From positions 6,490 to 70,489 of the forward strand of contig DASZDK010000089.1 in the NCBI GenBank assembly GCA_035942035.1: a stretch of DNA of 64,000 nt, given 5' to 3'. Source of the DNA: Acidimicrobiales bacterium. GTDB taxonomy: Bacteria; Actinomycetota; Acidimicrobiia; Acidimicrobiales; CADCSY01. The notes under the pieces are model-generated. The model searched no databases. It had not been told where the DNA came from and saw only the letters and a program-made list of their open reading frames with translations. Positions 20,814 through 30,964 of this stretch are shown here, in pieces. The position numbers and the translations under genes are program-made. The stretch's first letter is position 1. Every line of letters starts with the position of its first letter.

Positions 20814-21644
20814 CTACGGGTCGAGGTCGGAGGCAATTAGCTCGGCGAAGCGCGCCATGGCCGCGGCCGTCAGCGGCCCCGGCGGATCGGGCAGGCGGTG
20901 GCCGTCGACGGTGGCGATGGGCTGGACCTCGCGGGTGGTCGAGGTGAGGAACGCCTCCTCGGCGTCGACCAGGGTCGACAGCGGGAGGGCCTGCTCCTCG
21001 ACACCACACCGCTCCAGGACCAGCGCCCGGGTGACCCCGGCCAGGCACCCCGACGACAGCGGCGGGGTCAGCAGGCGGCCGCCGACGCCCACCACCACGT
21101 TCGTGCCGGTCCCTTCGCACAGCTCGCCGCGGGTGTTGGCGAACACCGCCTCGCCGGCGCCGGCCGCCGCCGCCCGGGCCAGCGCCACCACGTTCTCGGC
21201 GTAGGAGGTCGTCTTCAGCCCGGCCACCGCGCCCCGCTCGTTGCGGGGCCAGGGCACCACGGCGACGTCGGCGGTGGGGGGCACGGGGTCGAGGGGAGCC
21301 ACGGCGGCGATGACGGTGGGGGGGCCGGTGCCGCGCCCCGAGCCGAGCGGCGCCGGCCCGCCGGTGACGGTGAGGCGCAAGCGGGCCTCGGCCAGCCCGG
21401 AGGCGGCCAGCACCTCGGCCAGCGCCCCCTCCAGCGTGGAGCGACCGGGCAGGGCCAGGCCCAGGCCGGCGGCCGAGTGGCCCAGGCGGTCGAGGTGTCG
21501 GCGCAGGGCGAAGGGCGTCCCCCGGTAGACCCGCATCGTCTCGAACACGCCGTCGCCTACCACCACGCCGTGGTCGAAGGCCGAGACGGCGGCCTGGTCG
21601 GCGGGCAGGAGGCGGCCGTTCACCCACACCGGCGGGGCGCTCAC
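20814..21644 (-). CDS. pabC: Class IV aminotransferase family, probable aminodeoxychorismate lyase
   Basis: GTG at 21644 lies 10 nt after the pabB stop and is preceded by GGTGAGGG. Fold-type IV motifs FDHGVVVGDGVFETMRVY, LKTTSY and EAFLTSTTREVQPI. Confidence 0.75.
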   Translation of the reverse strand: MSAPPVWVNGRLLPADQAAVSAFDHGVVVGDGVFETMRVYRGTPFALRRHLDRLGHSAAGLGLALPGRSTLEGALAEVLAASGLAEARLRLTVTGGPAPLGSGRGTGPPTVIAAVAPLDPVPPTADVAVVPWPRNERGAVAGLKTTSYAENVVALARAAAAGAGEAVFANTRGELCEGTGTNVVVGVGGRLLTPPLSSGCLAGVTRALVLERCGVEEQALPLSTLVDAEEAFLTSTTREVQPIATVDGHRLPDPPGPLTAAAMARFAELIASDLDP

Positions 21645-21654
21645 CAGGTCGCCC

Positions 21655-22686
21655 TCACCGCCGCGTCGCCGCCGCCGGGGAGGAGCTGGCCACCGCCAGC
21701 AGCCGGTGGGCCTTGAGCTCGGTCTCCTCCCACTCGGCGCCGGCCTCGGACGCCCAGGTGATGCCCCCGCCCGTGCCCAGGTGTACCTGCCCCTCGTCGA
21801 ACCAGAAGGTGCGGATGGCGACGTTGAGGTCACCGGTGCCGGCGTCGGCGTCGACCCAGCCGACGGCGCCGCAGTAGGGGCCCCGGGGCACCGGCTCGAG
21901 CCGGGCGATGAGATCGAGGGCGGCCACCTTGGGGGCGCCGGTCACCGAGCCCGGAGGGAAGGTGGCGTCGAGCAGCTCGGGCCAGCCCACGCCCGGCCGT
22001 AGCCGCCCTCGCACCGTGCTGACCAGGTGGACGAGACCGGGGTGGTGCTCGGGATGGCACAGGGCGGGCACCGTGACCGACCCCCACTCGCACACCCGCC
22101 CGAGGTCGTTGCGGACCAGGTCGACGATCATCACGTTCTCGGCCCGGTCCTTGGCCGACAAGCTCCGGACGTCCGGGGCGGTCCCCTTGATGGGACGGGA
22201 CTCCACCACCGCGCCGGAGCGGCGGAGGAAGCGTTCGGGGGACGCGGAGGCGATGTGGAGCTCGTGCGCCGGCAGGTGGACCACGGCGGCGTGGGGGGCG
22301 GGGTTGCCCCGGGCCAGGGCGTCGCCCAGCGGCAGCACGTCGGCGCCGGCGGGCAGCGGGGCCGACAGCCGGCGGGTGAGGGTCACCTGGTGGGCGCCGC
22401 CGGCGGCGATGGCGGCCCGGATCGACTCCACGCCCCGCACGAAGTCGTCGCGGCCGAGGCTGGTGGACCAGTCGCCGGCGGCGGGCCCCCGCCAGCGTCC
22501 CATCGGCCCCGGAGCGAACGGCTGCCGACGGGCGAAGCGGGCGCAGACTGGTCGCCCGGCAAAGGGCACGGTCACCACCCAGAAGCCCCGACCGTCCAGG
22601 GCAGACAGGTCCGAGGTGACGTCCAACAGCCCGGTGGCCGCCCAGCCACCGACCACGGCCATGGGGGCGGCGACGTCGGCGGGCAC
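21655..22686 (-). CDS. pabB: Chorismate-binding enzyme, probable aminodeoxychorismate synthase component I (short form)
   Basis: C-terminal chorismate-binding motifs: RPIKGT, MIVDLVRND, GSVTGAPK, PRGPYCGAVGW and GGGITWAS. Confidence 0.8.
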   Translation of the reverse strand: MPADVAAPMAVVGGWAATGLLDVTSDLSALDGRGFWVVTVPFAGRPVCARFARRQPFAPGPMGRWRGPAAGDWSTSLGRDDFVRGVESIRAAIAAGGAHQVTLTRRLSAPLPAGADVLPLGDALARGNPAPHAAVVHLPAHELHIASASPERFLRRSGAVVESRPIKGTAPDVRSLSAKDRAENVMIVDLVRNDLGRVCEWGSVTVPALCHPEHHPGLVHLVSTVRGRLRPGVGWPELLDATFPPGSVTGAPKVAALDLIARLEPVPRGPYCGAVGWVDADAGTGDLNVAIRTFWFDEGQVHLGTGGGITWASEAGAEWEETELKAHRLLAVASSSPAAATRR

Positions 22687-22797
22687 GCTGGGATCCTACG
22701 ATCGCCGCCGGCCCGGATCCCCACGGAGGATGGGGAGGCGGGCCTGGGTGTCGGCGGTAGGCGGTGCCAGCGGGCGCCCTGGCTACCATGGCCCCGA

Positions 22798-24264
22798 ATG
22801 GACGTCGTCGGCAGTGGCGCGCGCCTGCGCCGGACCTGGCCGCAGCGCCTGCTCATCACCTTCAACTGCTCGCTGATCGCGGTGTGCGTCCTCGCCGCCA
22901 GCATGGTCGGCTACTCGTACTACCGATTCGGCAACATCCCCCGCGTCGCCCTGGGTGGCTCCCTCGCCGGCAAGGCCCCCGGGGCGCCGCAGAACTACCT
23001 GCTGGTCGGCAGCGACTCCCGCGCCTTTGTGGAGGACGACCAGGACCGGGAGTCCTTCGGCGGGGAGGGTGACGCCGGGCCGCAGAAGGCCGACACCATC
23101 CTCCTGGTCCGCATCGACCCCAAGGCGGAGACGGCGGCCATGCTCTCGTTCCCGCGGGATCTGTGGGTGGAGATCCCCGGCACGGGCGAGCGCAACCGCA
23201 TCAACACCGCCTTCCAGGACGGCGCGGCACAGCTGGTGGAGACCATCCAGGCGAACTTCAACGTGCCCATCCACCACTACGCCCAGGTCGACTTCGCCGG
23301 GTTCCGGGGCCTGGTCGACGCCGTGGGCGGGGTGGAGATGTACCTGCCGGCGCCGGTCCGGGACTACAACGCCGCCGAGGGCAACAACCCCAGCGGCCTG
23401 AACATCGAGGACACCGGTTGCGTCACCCTCGACGGCCAACAGGCGCTGGCCTACGTGCGCAGCCGGCACTTCCAGCGGTTCATCGACGGCAAGTGGCAGG
23501 CCGACCCGACCGGCGACATCGGGCGCATCGGGCGCCAGCAGAGCTTCATCGCCAGCGCCGCCCGTGCGGCGCTGGCCAAGGGGCTCACCAACCCGGCCAA
23601 GCTCAACCAGCTGATCGGCGTGGCCGAGCGCAACCTCACCCTCGACGAGGAGCTCGACCCCCAGGACCTGCTCCGGTTGGGCCAGCGCTTCCAGTCGCTC
23701 GACCAGGGAGCACTGCGCCGGTTCCGGCTACCCACCGAGCCGGGGCGCACGGCGGGCGGCGCCCTCGTCGAGTACCTGAAGGAGGACGAGGCCGAGGAGA
23801 TCCTCGACGTGTTCCGGGGAGTCGAGGGCGACGGCGAGGTGGTGCAGCCGTCGTCGGTGACCGTCCAGGTGCTCAACGGCTCGGGGCGCGAGGGAGAGGC
23901 CAGCGAGGCGGCGCAGGCGCTGTCGGGGGCGGGCTTCAACGTGGGCGGCGGGGTGGGCAACGCCACGTCCACCAGGGAGACCACCACCGTCCGCTACGCA
24001 CCCGGGCACGAGGCGCAGGCCGAGCTTCTCGCCCGGTACCTCGAGCAGGAGCCGCAGCTCCAGGAGGACCCCCAGCTCAAGGCGGTCGACGTGGCGCTGG
24101 TGACCGGGTCGGACTACACCGGCATTCTGCAGTCGCCTCGTGAGACCCCACCCGCCCCGCCGCCTCCCGCCGGCGAGCCCCCCGCCGGCGAGCCTCCGGC
24201 TGACGGCGCCCCGGCTCCCGATCAGGGTTCCGAGCCCGAACCGGAGCCCGAGCCCGAGTGCTGA
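22798..24264 (+). CDS. LytR-CpsA-Psr (LCP) family glycopolymer-peptidoglycan ligase with LytR_C-like domain
   Basis: N-terminal TM, then NYLLVGSDSR, ADTILLVRIDP, SFPRDLWV and INTAF. C-terminal VTVQVLNGSGREGEA (LytR_C-like) and a Pro/Glu-rich tail. Confidence 0.9.
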   Translation: MDVVGSGARLRRTWPQRLLITFNCSLIAVCVLAASMVGYSYYRFGNIPRVALGGSLAGKAPGAPQNYLLVGSDSRAFVEDDQDRESFGGEGDAGPQKADTILLVRIDPKAETAAMLSFPRDLWVEIPGTGERNRINTAFQDGAAQLVETIQANFNVPIHHYAQVDFAGFRGLVDAVGGVEMYLPAPVRDYNAAEGNNPSGLNIEDTGCVTLDGQQALAYVRSRHFQRFIDGKWQADPTGDIGRIGRQQSFIASAARAALAKGLTNPAKLNQLIGVAERNLTLDEELDPQDLLRLGQRFQSLDQGALRRFRLPTEPGRTAGGALVEYLKEDEAEEILDVFRGVEGDGEVVQPSSVTVQVLNGSGREGEASEAAQALSGAGFNVGGGVGNATSTRETTTVRYAPGHEAQAELLARYLEQEPQLQEDPQLKAVDVALVTGSDYTGILQSPRETPPAPPPPAGEPPAGEPPADGAPAPDQGSEPEPEPEPEC

Positions 24265-25862
24265 CCGAAGTGGCGGTCGAGGAGGCCGCCCACGAGAACC
24301 AGGCGCCGGCGCCCGAGCCCCCTGCCCGGTCCGCCTGGGGTTCCCCGCTGCTCGTCGTGGCCGGGTTGCTCGGCCTCACGGTGGTCTCCCTCCTGCTCAG
24401 CCTGCGGGGGATGGGCGTCTCGCTGTGGCTCGACGAGGGCCTCTCGGTCGGCATCGCCTCGCACCCGTGGGCGGACATCCCCGGGCTGCTGGCCCAGGAC
24501 GGCTCGCCGCCGCTGTACTACCTGGTCCTCCACGCCTGGATGGAGGCGTTCGGACGTTCGGAGGAGGCGGTCCGGGCCCTGTCCCTGGTCTTCGCACTGG
24601 TCACGGTGCCGGTGGCCTTCTGGCTCACCGGGACGCTGTTCGACCGCCGGACGGCATGGGTCGCCGCCACGCTCGCCGCCACCAGCGGCTACCTCACCTA
24701 CTACGGCCGGGAGGCACGGATGTACAGCCTCCTGGTGCTGCTGGCGCTGGTGGCCGTGGTCGCCTTCGTGCACGTCGTGGTCCTCGGCCGGCGCCGGTGG
24801 CTGCCCCTGCTGGTGGCGGGCCTGGCCCTGGCTCTCTACACCCACAACTGGGCCCTGTACCTGGTGGCCGGCCTGGGGGTGGCCACGGTGTGGCTGCTCG
24901 TGACCGGCGCTGACCGCCGGCGGGTCCTCGTCGACGCGGCGGTCCCCTTCGGCGCCCTCGCCCTCCTCTACGCCCCGTGGGTCCCGACCCTGTTGTTCCA
25001 GGCCGCCCACACCAGCGCTCCGTGGTCCCAGCGCCCGGACCCCGCCTACCTGCTGGGCGCGCTGGGATCGGTGCTGAGCGACCAGCGGGTGGTGGTCGTC
25101 CTCGTGCTGGTGGCCCTGCCGGCGCTGTTCCAGGCGGTTCGGCGGGGCGGGGAGCAGGCCACGGCCTCGGCCGTCATCGCCCTCGCCGTGGTGCTGGTGG
25201 CGACGCTGCTCGCCGCCTGGGCTTCCTCGCAGCTCCGCCCGGCGTGGGCGAGCCGCTACTTCGGGCTGTTCCTGCCCCCCCTGCTCCTGCTCGCCGCCCT
25301 AGGCCTTGCCCGGGCGGGACGGCGGGGGCTGGTCGCCCTGGCGCTGATCGTGGGCTTGTGGGCCCAGCCGGTGGCCGCCTCCTTCGTCCCGGACCGCCAG
25401 CTGCCGCAGAAGAGCAACGTCCGGCGGGCCACCTCGGTGGTCGCCCCCGTCCTGGAGGACGGTGACCTGGTGGTCTCGGCGCACATGGAGCACGTGCCGC
25501 TGCTCCACTACTACCTCGGGCCGGAACTGCGCTACGCCGACCCGACCGGACTGGTCGCCGACCCCGCCATCGCCGACTGGCGGGACGCCGTGGAGCGCCT
25601 GGCGTCGGCTGAGCCGCGCACCGGGCTCCTCCCGCTGGTGGCCGAGCTCGACGCCGGCGGCCACGTGGCCCTGGTGTGCCCCCGCTACGACGTCGACCCG
25701 GACGATCTCGAGTGGTTCCAGATCATGGATCGCAATTGCGCGGCGTGGCGCACCGCCCTCGACACCGAACCGTCGCTCGAGCCACTGCTGGGGCCGGTTG
25801 CCCCGCCGCCGCTGAAGTCGCCGGGCGCCTCCATCTCGGTCCGGGTCTACGAGAAGACTTGA
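24258..25862 (+). CDS. Polytopic GT-C glycosyltransferase, GT39/ArnT-like (paralogue of 54490..56295)
   Basis: GTG at 24258 overlaps the LCP stop. First-loop acidic motif LWLDEGLSVGIASHP, then DGSPPLYYLVLHAW and REARMYSL. Many TM segments. Confidence 0.8.
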   Translation: MLTEVAVEEAAHENQAPAPEPPARSAWGSPLLVVAGLLGLTVVSLLLSLRGMGVSLWLDEGLSVGIASHPWADIPGLLAQDGSPPLYYLVLHAWMEAFGRSEEAVRALSLVFALVTVPVAFWLTGTLFDRRTAWVAATLAATSGYLTYYGREARMYSLLVLLALVAVVAFVHVVVLGRRRWLPLLVAGLALALYTHNWALYLVAGLGVATVWLLVTGADRRRVLVDAAVPFGALALLYAPWVPTLLFQAAHTSAPWSQRPDPAYLLGALGSVLSDQRVVVVLVLVALPALFQAVRRGGEQATASAVIALAVVLVATLLAAWASSQLRPAWASRYFGLFLPPLLLLAALGLARAGRRGLVALALIVGLWAQPVAASFVPDRQLPQKSNVRRATSVVAPVLEDGDLVVSAHMEHVPLLHYYLGPELRYADPTGLVADPAIADWRDAVERLASAEPRTGLLPLVAELDAGGHVALVCPRYDVDPDDLEWFQIMDRNCAAWRTALDTEPSLEPLLGPVAPPPLKSPGASISVRVYEKT

Positions 25863-25952
25863 CGGGGTGAGCGCACCCCGCCCGTCCCCGCCGGCCGTGC
25901 CCGCCGAGCGGCCATGGGAGCGGCCGTCCCCCCGGGGCCTAACCTCTAGCCG

Positions 25953-27248
25953 GTGACCGCCACCGTCGCCGTCATCGGCACCGGCTACGTCGGCCTGACC
26001 ACCGGCGCCTACCTCGCCCATCTGGGCCACACGGTCGTGTGCGCCGACGTGGTCCCCGAGAAGGTCGAACGGCTCAACCGGGGAGAGGTCCCGATCTTGG
26101 AGGCGGGCCTGGAGGAGCTCGTCCGTGAGGGCCTCGACGCCGGCCGCCTGGCGTTCGTCCTCGGGGCCGCCGCCGCCGTAGGCGAAGCCGAGTTCGTCTT
26201 CTTGTGCGTGCCCACGCCCCAGGGCGACGACGGCTCGGCGGACCTCACGTACCTCCGGGGGGCCGTCGAGCAGATCGCGCCGGCGCTCCAGCCGGAGTGC
26301 ATCGTCATCAACAAGTCGACCGTGCCAGTGGGCTCGACCCGGGTGGTGGAGCAGGCGCTCGGGCGTGACGACGTGTTCGTGGTCTCCAACCCCGAGTTCC
26401 TGCGGGAAGGCTCGGCGGTGCACGACTGCCTCCACCCCGACCGCATCGTCATCGGCAGCGAGGACCAGGCCGCGGCCATGCGGGTGGCCGGGCTGTTCGA
26501 ACGCCTGCGGGCGCCACTGGTCATCACCGACCCCCCGTCGGCGGAGACGATCAAGTACGCCTCCAATGCCTTCCTCGCCACCAAGGTCAGCTTCGTCAAT
26601 GCCCTGGCCAACGTGTGTGAGGCGGTGGGCGCTGACGTGCGCGAGGTGGTGTTGGGCATGGGCTACGACCGGCGCATCGGCTTCGAGTTCCTCCGGCCCG
26701 GGCCCGGCTGGGGGGGTTCGTGCTTCCCCAAGGACACGCGAGCCATGGTGCGCATCGCCGAGGACGCCGGCTACGACTTCGACCTCCTGCGGGGCGTGAT
26801 CGCCGTCAACGACGAGCAGTACGAGCGCATGGCCGACAAGGTGGAGCGCATGGCCGGCGGCTCGCTGGAGGGCACGGTCGTGGCCGCCTGGGGGCTCACC
26901 TTCAAGGCCCGCACCGACGACCTGCGGGACTCGCCGGCCATCGAGGTCATCCGCCGCCTGCGCCGACGCGGCGCCCGTGTCCGGGCCTACGACCCGGCGG
27001 TCGACCACCATGCTGCCGGCGACGTTCCGCGGCTGGAGGGCATCGAGGTGGCCGCCGACCTCTATGCCGCCTGCGACGGCGCCGAGGTTCTGGTGCTGCT
27101 CACCGAGTGGGACGAGTTCCGCTGGGCCGACTTCGAGAAGGTGGCCGCGGTCATGCGCCGGTCGCGCGTCGTGGACACCCGCAACCTGCTCGACGCCCCG
27201 GCGCTGCGCCGGCAGGGGTTCGACTACACCGGGTTGGGGCGCCGGTGA
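25953..27248 (+). CDS. ugd: UDP-glucose 6-dehydrogenase
   Basis: [13 protein letters not shown], catalytic-Cys region [10 protein letters not shown], and a C-terminal UDP-binding domain ([13 protein letters not shown]). Confidence 0.92.
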   Translation: MTATVAVIGTGYVGLTTGAYLAHLGHTVVCADVVPEKVERLNRGEVPILEAGLEELVREGLDAGRLAFVLGAAAAVGEAEFVFLCVPTPQGDDGSADLTYLRGAVEQIAPALQPECIVINKSTVPVGSTRVVEQALGRDDVFVVSNPEFLREGSAVHDCLHPDRIVIGSEDQAAAMRVAGLFERLRAPLVITDPPSAETIKYASNAFLATKVSFVNALANVCEAVGADVREVVLGMGYDRRIGFEFLRPGPGWGGSCFPKDTRAMVRIAEDAGYDFDLLRGVIAVNDEQYERMADKVERMAGGSLEGTVVAAWGLTFKARTDDLRDSPAIEVIRRLRRRGARVRAYDPAVDHHAAGDVPRLEGIEVAADLYAACDGAEVLVLLTEWDEFRWADFEKVAAVMRRSRVVDTRNLLDAPALRRQGFDYTGLGRR

Positions 27249-28192
27249 CCGGGCGCCGCCGGCGGGTGGTGGTGACGGGCGGCGCCGGGTTCCTCGGGTC
27301 CCACCTGTGCGACCGCCTGCTCGAGCGAGGGGACGAGGTGGTGGCCATCGACAACCTGGCCACCGGTCGGCTGGCCAACATCGAGCACCTCTTCGGTCTC
27401 GACGGCTTCACCTTCGTCCGCCACGACGTGAGCCAGTACGTCTGGGTCCCGGGGCCGGTCGACGCCGTGTTGCACTTCGCCAGCCCGGCGTCGCCCAAGG
27501 ACTACCTGGAGCTTCCCATCCAGACCCTGAAGGTGGGCAGCCTCGGCACCCACAACACCTTGGGCTTGGCCAAGGACAAAGGTGCCCGGTACCTGCTGGC
27601 GTCGACCAGCGAGGTCTACGGCGACCCCCAGGTGCACCCCCAACCGGAGGAGTACTGGGGACACGTCAACCCGGTGGGCCCCCGAGGGGTCTACGACGAG
27701 GCGAAGCGCTTCGGCGAGGCCATGGCCATGGCCTACCACCGGGCCCACGGCCTCGATGTCCGGATCGCCCGCATCTTCAACACGTACGGCCCCCGGATGC
27801 GTCCCGCCGACGGGCGGGTGATCGCCAACTTCCTGGTCCAGGCGCTCGAGGGCAAGCCGATCACCGTCTACGGCGACGGCACCCAGACTCGCAGCTTCTG
27901 CTACGTGGACGACGAGGTCGGAGGGCTGCTGGCCCTGCTCGACTCCGATTACGTGGGCCCGGTCAACATCGGCAACCCCACGGAGCACACCGTCACCGAC
28001 CTGGCCGAGGTGGTGCTGGAGGTGACCGGCTCGGCGTCGTCGCTGGTGTTCGAGCCCCTCCCCGTCGACGACCCGACGCAGCGCCGGCCCGACATCACCC
28101 TGGCCCACCGGGTGCTGGGCTGGGAGCCCGAGGTGTCGTTGCGGGAGGGCCTGGCCCGCACCGCCGGCTGGCTGGCGGCGACGGCGACGTGA
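27245..28192 (+). CDS. uxs: UDP-glucuronate decarboxylase (UDP-xylose synthase family)
   Basis: GTGA overlap with ugd. [57 protein letters not shown] and [11 protein letters not shown]. Confidence 0.9.
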   Translation: MTGRRRRVVVTGGAGFLGSHLCDRLLERGDEVVAIDNLATGRLANIEHLFGLDGFTFVRHDVSQYVWVPGPVDAVLHFASPASPKDYLELPIQTLKVGSLGTHNTLGLAKDKGARYLLASTSEVYGDPQVHPQPEEYWGHVNPVGPRGVYDEAKRFGEAMAMAYHRAHGLDVRIARIFNTYGPRMRPADGRVIANFLVQALEGKPITVYGDGTQTRSFCYVDDEVGGLLALLDSDYVGPVNIGNPTEHTVTDLAEVVLEVTGSASSLVFEPLPVDDPTQRRPDITLAHRVLGWEPEVSLREGLARTAGWLAATAT

Positions 28193-29070
28193 CGGGCGGG
28201 AGCCCCCCTGCTCGGGTGGCGGCGGTGATCGTCAGCTACAACGTCCGCGACCTCCTGCTGCAGTGCATCGCCAGCCTCCGTGCCGACGGCGTGGACGACA
28301 TCGTGGTGGTCGACAACCACTCCCACGACGGCTCGGCGGAGGCGGTCCGCCGGCACGATCCCGGCGTCGACGTGCTCGGATTGGCCGTCAACCTCGGCTT
28401 CGGCGCCGGCGCCAACCGCGGAGTGGCGCGGACCACGACGCCCTACGTCGCCGTCATGAACCCCGACGTGGTCGTGCAACCGGGCTCCACCAAGGCTCTG
28501 GTCGAGGCGCTCGAGCGCGAGCCGCAGCTGGCGGTGGTGGGCCCGCGGATCGAGACGCCGGACGGCAGCCTGTACCCCTCGGCCCGCACCTTCCCCGACC
28601 TCGTCGACGCCGCCGGCCATGCCTTCCTCCACTTCGTGTGGCCGGGCAACCGCTTCAGCCGCCGGTACCGAATGCTCGACTGGGACCACGACGCGCCCGC
28701 TCACGTCGACTGGGTGGCGGGGACCCACCTCGTCGCCCGCCGCAGCGCCTGGGACGAGGTCGGAGGCTTCGACGAGGGCTTCTTCATGTACCTCGAGGAC
28801 GTCGACCTGTGCTGGCGGCTGCGCCAGAAGGGGTGGCGCACGGGCTACGAGCCGGCCGCGGTGGTGACCCACGCCATCGGCCGCTCCACCGACCAGACCC
28901 CCTACCGCATGATCGCCGCCCACCACCGGTCGCTGTGGCGTTACGCCACCAAGACCGCCACCGGGTGCCGCCGGCTGCTGCTGCCGGTCATCGCCGTGGC
29001 CCTGGCCGTGCGCACGGGGTTGGCGTGGGTGCAGCGGGCCGCTCGCGGCCGCCCTCACGCCGCCGTCTGA
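28189..29070 (+). CDS. GT2 glycosyltransferase, WbbL-like (rhamnosyltransferase-type)
   Basis: GTGA overlap with uxs. [30 protein letters not shown] and [13 protein letters not shown]. Confidence 0.85.
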   Translation: MTGGSPPARVAAVIVSYNVRDLLLQCIASLRADGVDDIVVVDNHSHDGSAEAVRRHDPGVDVLGLAVNLGFGAGANRGVARTTTPYVAVMNPDVVVQPGSTKALVEALEREPQLAVVGPRIETPDGSLYPSARTFPDLVDAAGHAFLHFVWPGNRFSRRYRMLDWDHDAPAHVDWVAGTHLVARRSAWDEVGGFDEGFFMYLEDVDLCWRLRQKGWRTGYEPAAVVTHAIGRSTDQTPYRMIAAHHRSLWRYATKTATGCRRLLLPVIAVALAVRTGLAWVQRAARGRPHAAV

Positions 29071-29143
29071 CCCTCCCACCGGTCGAGGTGGCTCCAGGAC
29101 CGGTCGCGGCGCCCCGCGTGGAGGTCGTTACAGTGGGCCGGCC

Positions 29144-29929
29144 ATGGGCAGGGCATCCTCCAACAAAAAGGTGTCGCGAGCAGCGCGAGCGGCGGGCCGG
29201 GACAAGAAGAAGTCGCGTAACCTCGCCTGGCCGCTGGCCCTGGCCGCCGTGGTCGTCCTCGGGTCGGTGCTGATCTTCCTGTCCCGGCCCAAGCAGTCGG
29301 AGGCCGAGCCCCCCAAGCTCGGTGACCACTGGCACGTGGCCTACGGCGTGTACGTGTGCGACGGGTTCCTTCCGCCCCTGGCCGACGTCCAGCGGGACGC
29401 CAGCGGCATCCACACCCACCAGGACGGCCTGATCCACATCCATCCCTTCAGCACCCGCTACACCGGTGACGGCGCCAACCTCGAGGCCTTCGCCCGCCAG
29501 GTCGGGCTCGAGCTCAGCGACGACGGGATCTCGTTGCCTGGTGGTGACGCCCTGCGCAACGGCGACGACTGCGGGGGCGAGCCCGGCGTGGTCCAGGTCA
29601 AGGTATGGGACGGCGTCGCCGATGCCGAAGGGCGGCTGGTCGAGAGCGACGTCGCCCAGTTCGCTCTGCCGGAGGGCTCGCTGGTGACCATCGCCTTCGC
29701 ACCCGAGGGCGCCGACATCCCCAAGCCGCCGTCGGCCGGGACGGTCCCCGGCGACGTGCCCGGCGGGGCGCCGGTGGGTGGAGGCCCCGCGGCCGGGAGC
29801 CAGGCGCCGGCCCCTCCTGACGGCGACGCAGCCGAGGGCGAGGGCGACGAGCAGGAAGAGGGCTCCCGGGGGGACACCCCGGAGGCCGACACCCCCGAGG
29901 GCGACACCACCGCCACGACGTCCCCGTGA
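29144..29929 (+). CDS. Membrane-anchored hypothetical protein with His-rich motif set
   Basis: Basic N-terminus plus one TM (WPLALAAVVVLGSVLIFL). DHWHVAYGVYVC...GIHTHQDGLIHIHPF. Acidic Pro/Gly-rich C-terminal tail. Confidence 0.65.
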   Translation: MGRASSNKKVSRAARAAGRDKKKSRNLAWPLALAAVVVLGSVLIFLSRPKQSEAEPPKLGDHWHVAYGVYVCDGFLPPLADVQRDASGIHTHQDGLIHIHPFSTRYTGDGANLEAFARQVGLELSDDGISLPGGDALRNGDDCGGEPGVVQVKVWDGVADAEGRLVESDVAQFALPEGSLVTIAFAPEGADIPKPPSAGTVPGDVPGGAPVGGGPAAGSQAPAPPDGDAAEGEGDEQEEGSRGDTPEADTPEGDTTATTSP

Positions 29930-30933
29930 GGGCCGTCGTCCTCGTCGGCGGCTTCGGGACCCGCCTCCGCCCGCTCACGCTGTCCACGCCCAAACAGATG
30001 CTGCCGGTGGCGGGCAGGCCGATGATCGAGTGGGTCGTGGCCCACCTCGCCGCCCACGGGGTCGACGAGGTGGTGTTGTCGCTCGGCTACCGCCCCGACG
30101 CCTTCCGTCGGGCCTACCCCGACGCCACCTGCGCCGGTGTCCGCCTGGTGTACGCCGTCGAGCCGGAGCCGCTGGACACTGCCGGCGCCATCCGCTTCGC
30201 CGCCGGCGCGGCCGGCATCGACGAGCGCTTCCTGGTGGCCAACGGCGACGTGCTCACCGACATCGACCTCAGCGCCCTCATGGAGTTCCACGCGCGGGTC
30301 GGCGCCTCCGGCACCCTTCAACTGACCCCGGTCGAGGACCCGTCCTCGTTCGGCGTGGTGGCCACCGACGACGACGGACGGGTGCGGGCGTTCGTCGAGA
30401 AGCCGGCGCCCGGGGAGGCGCCCTCCAGCCTGATCAGCGCCGGCTTCTACGTGCTCGAGCCCGAGGTGCTCGACCGCATCCCCGAGGGCGGGCGGGTCAA
30501 CGTCGAGCGGGAGGTCTTCCCCGGCATGGTCGGCGACGGGGTGCTGTGGGCCCGGGCCGAGCAGGCGTGGTGGATCGACGTGGGCACGCCCGACCGCTAC
30601 CTGCAGGCCTCGCTCGACCTCCTCGACCGTGAGCCGCCGCCCTCGGTGGTGCGTAGCGTCGACGCCATGGTCGCCACCAGCGCCGTCGTGCGCCGTTCGG
30701 CGATCGGCCCCGGCGCCAGGGTGGGGCCACGGGCCGTGGTGGAGGACTCGGTGGTGTTCGCGCGCGGCGTCGTAGAATCCGACGCGGTGGTGCGCAGGTC
30801 GGTCGTGGGGTCTGCGGCGGTGGTCGGGCGGGGCGCGGTGGTGCGCGACGTGTCGGTGCTGGGCAACGGCACCGAGGTGGCCGAAGGCGCCGAGCTCGCC
30901 GGGGTGCTGGTCCCCGGGCCCGAATCGTGGTGA
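29926..30933 (+). CDS. Sugar-1-phosphate nucleotidyltransferase, probable mannose-1-phosphate guanylyltransferase
   Basis: GTGA overlap with the upstream gene. VLVGGFGTRLRPLT signature and a C-terminal left-handed beta-helix-like repeat region. It sits next to a WbbL-like GT, as in mycobacterial manB/wbbL synteny. Confidence 0.88.
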   Translation: MRAVVLVGGFGTRLRPLTLSTPKQMLPVAGRPMIEWVVAHLAAHGVDEVVLSLGYRPDAFRRAYPDATCAGVRLVYAVEPEPLDTAGAIRFAAGAAGIDERFLVANGDVLTDIDLSALMEFHARVGASGTLQLTPVEDPSSFGVVATDDDGRVRAFVEKPAPGEAPSSLISAGFYVLEPEVLDRIPEGGRVNVEREVFPGMVGDGVLWARAEQAWWIDVGTPDRYLQASLDLLDREPPPSVVRSVDAMVATSAVVRRSAIGPGARVGPRAVVEDSVVFARGVVESDAVVRRSVVGSAAVVGRGAVVRDVSVLGNGTEVAEGAELAGVLVPGPESW

Positions 30934-30964
30934 CCGTGGGCACGGGCCCCGGCGGGCGGCGCCG

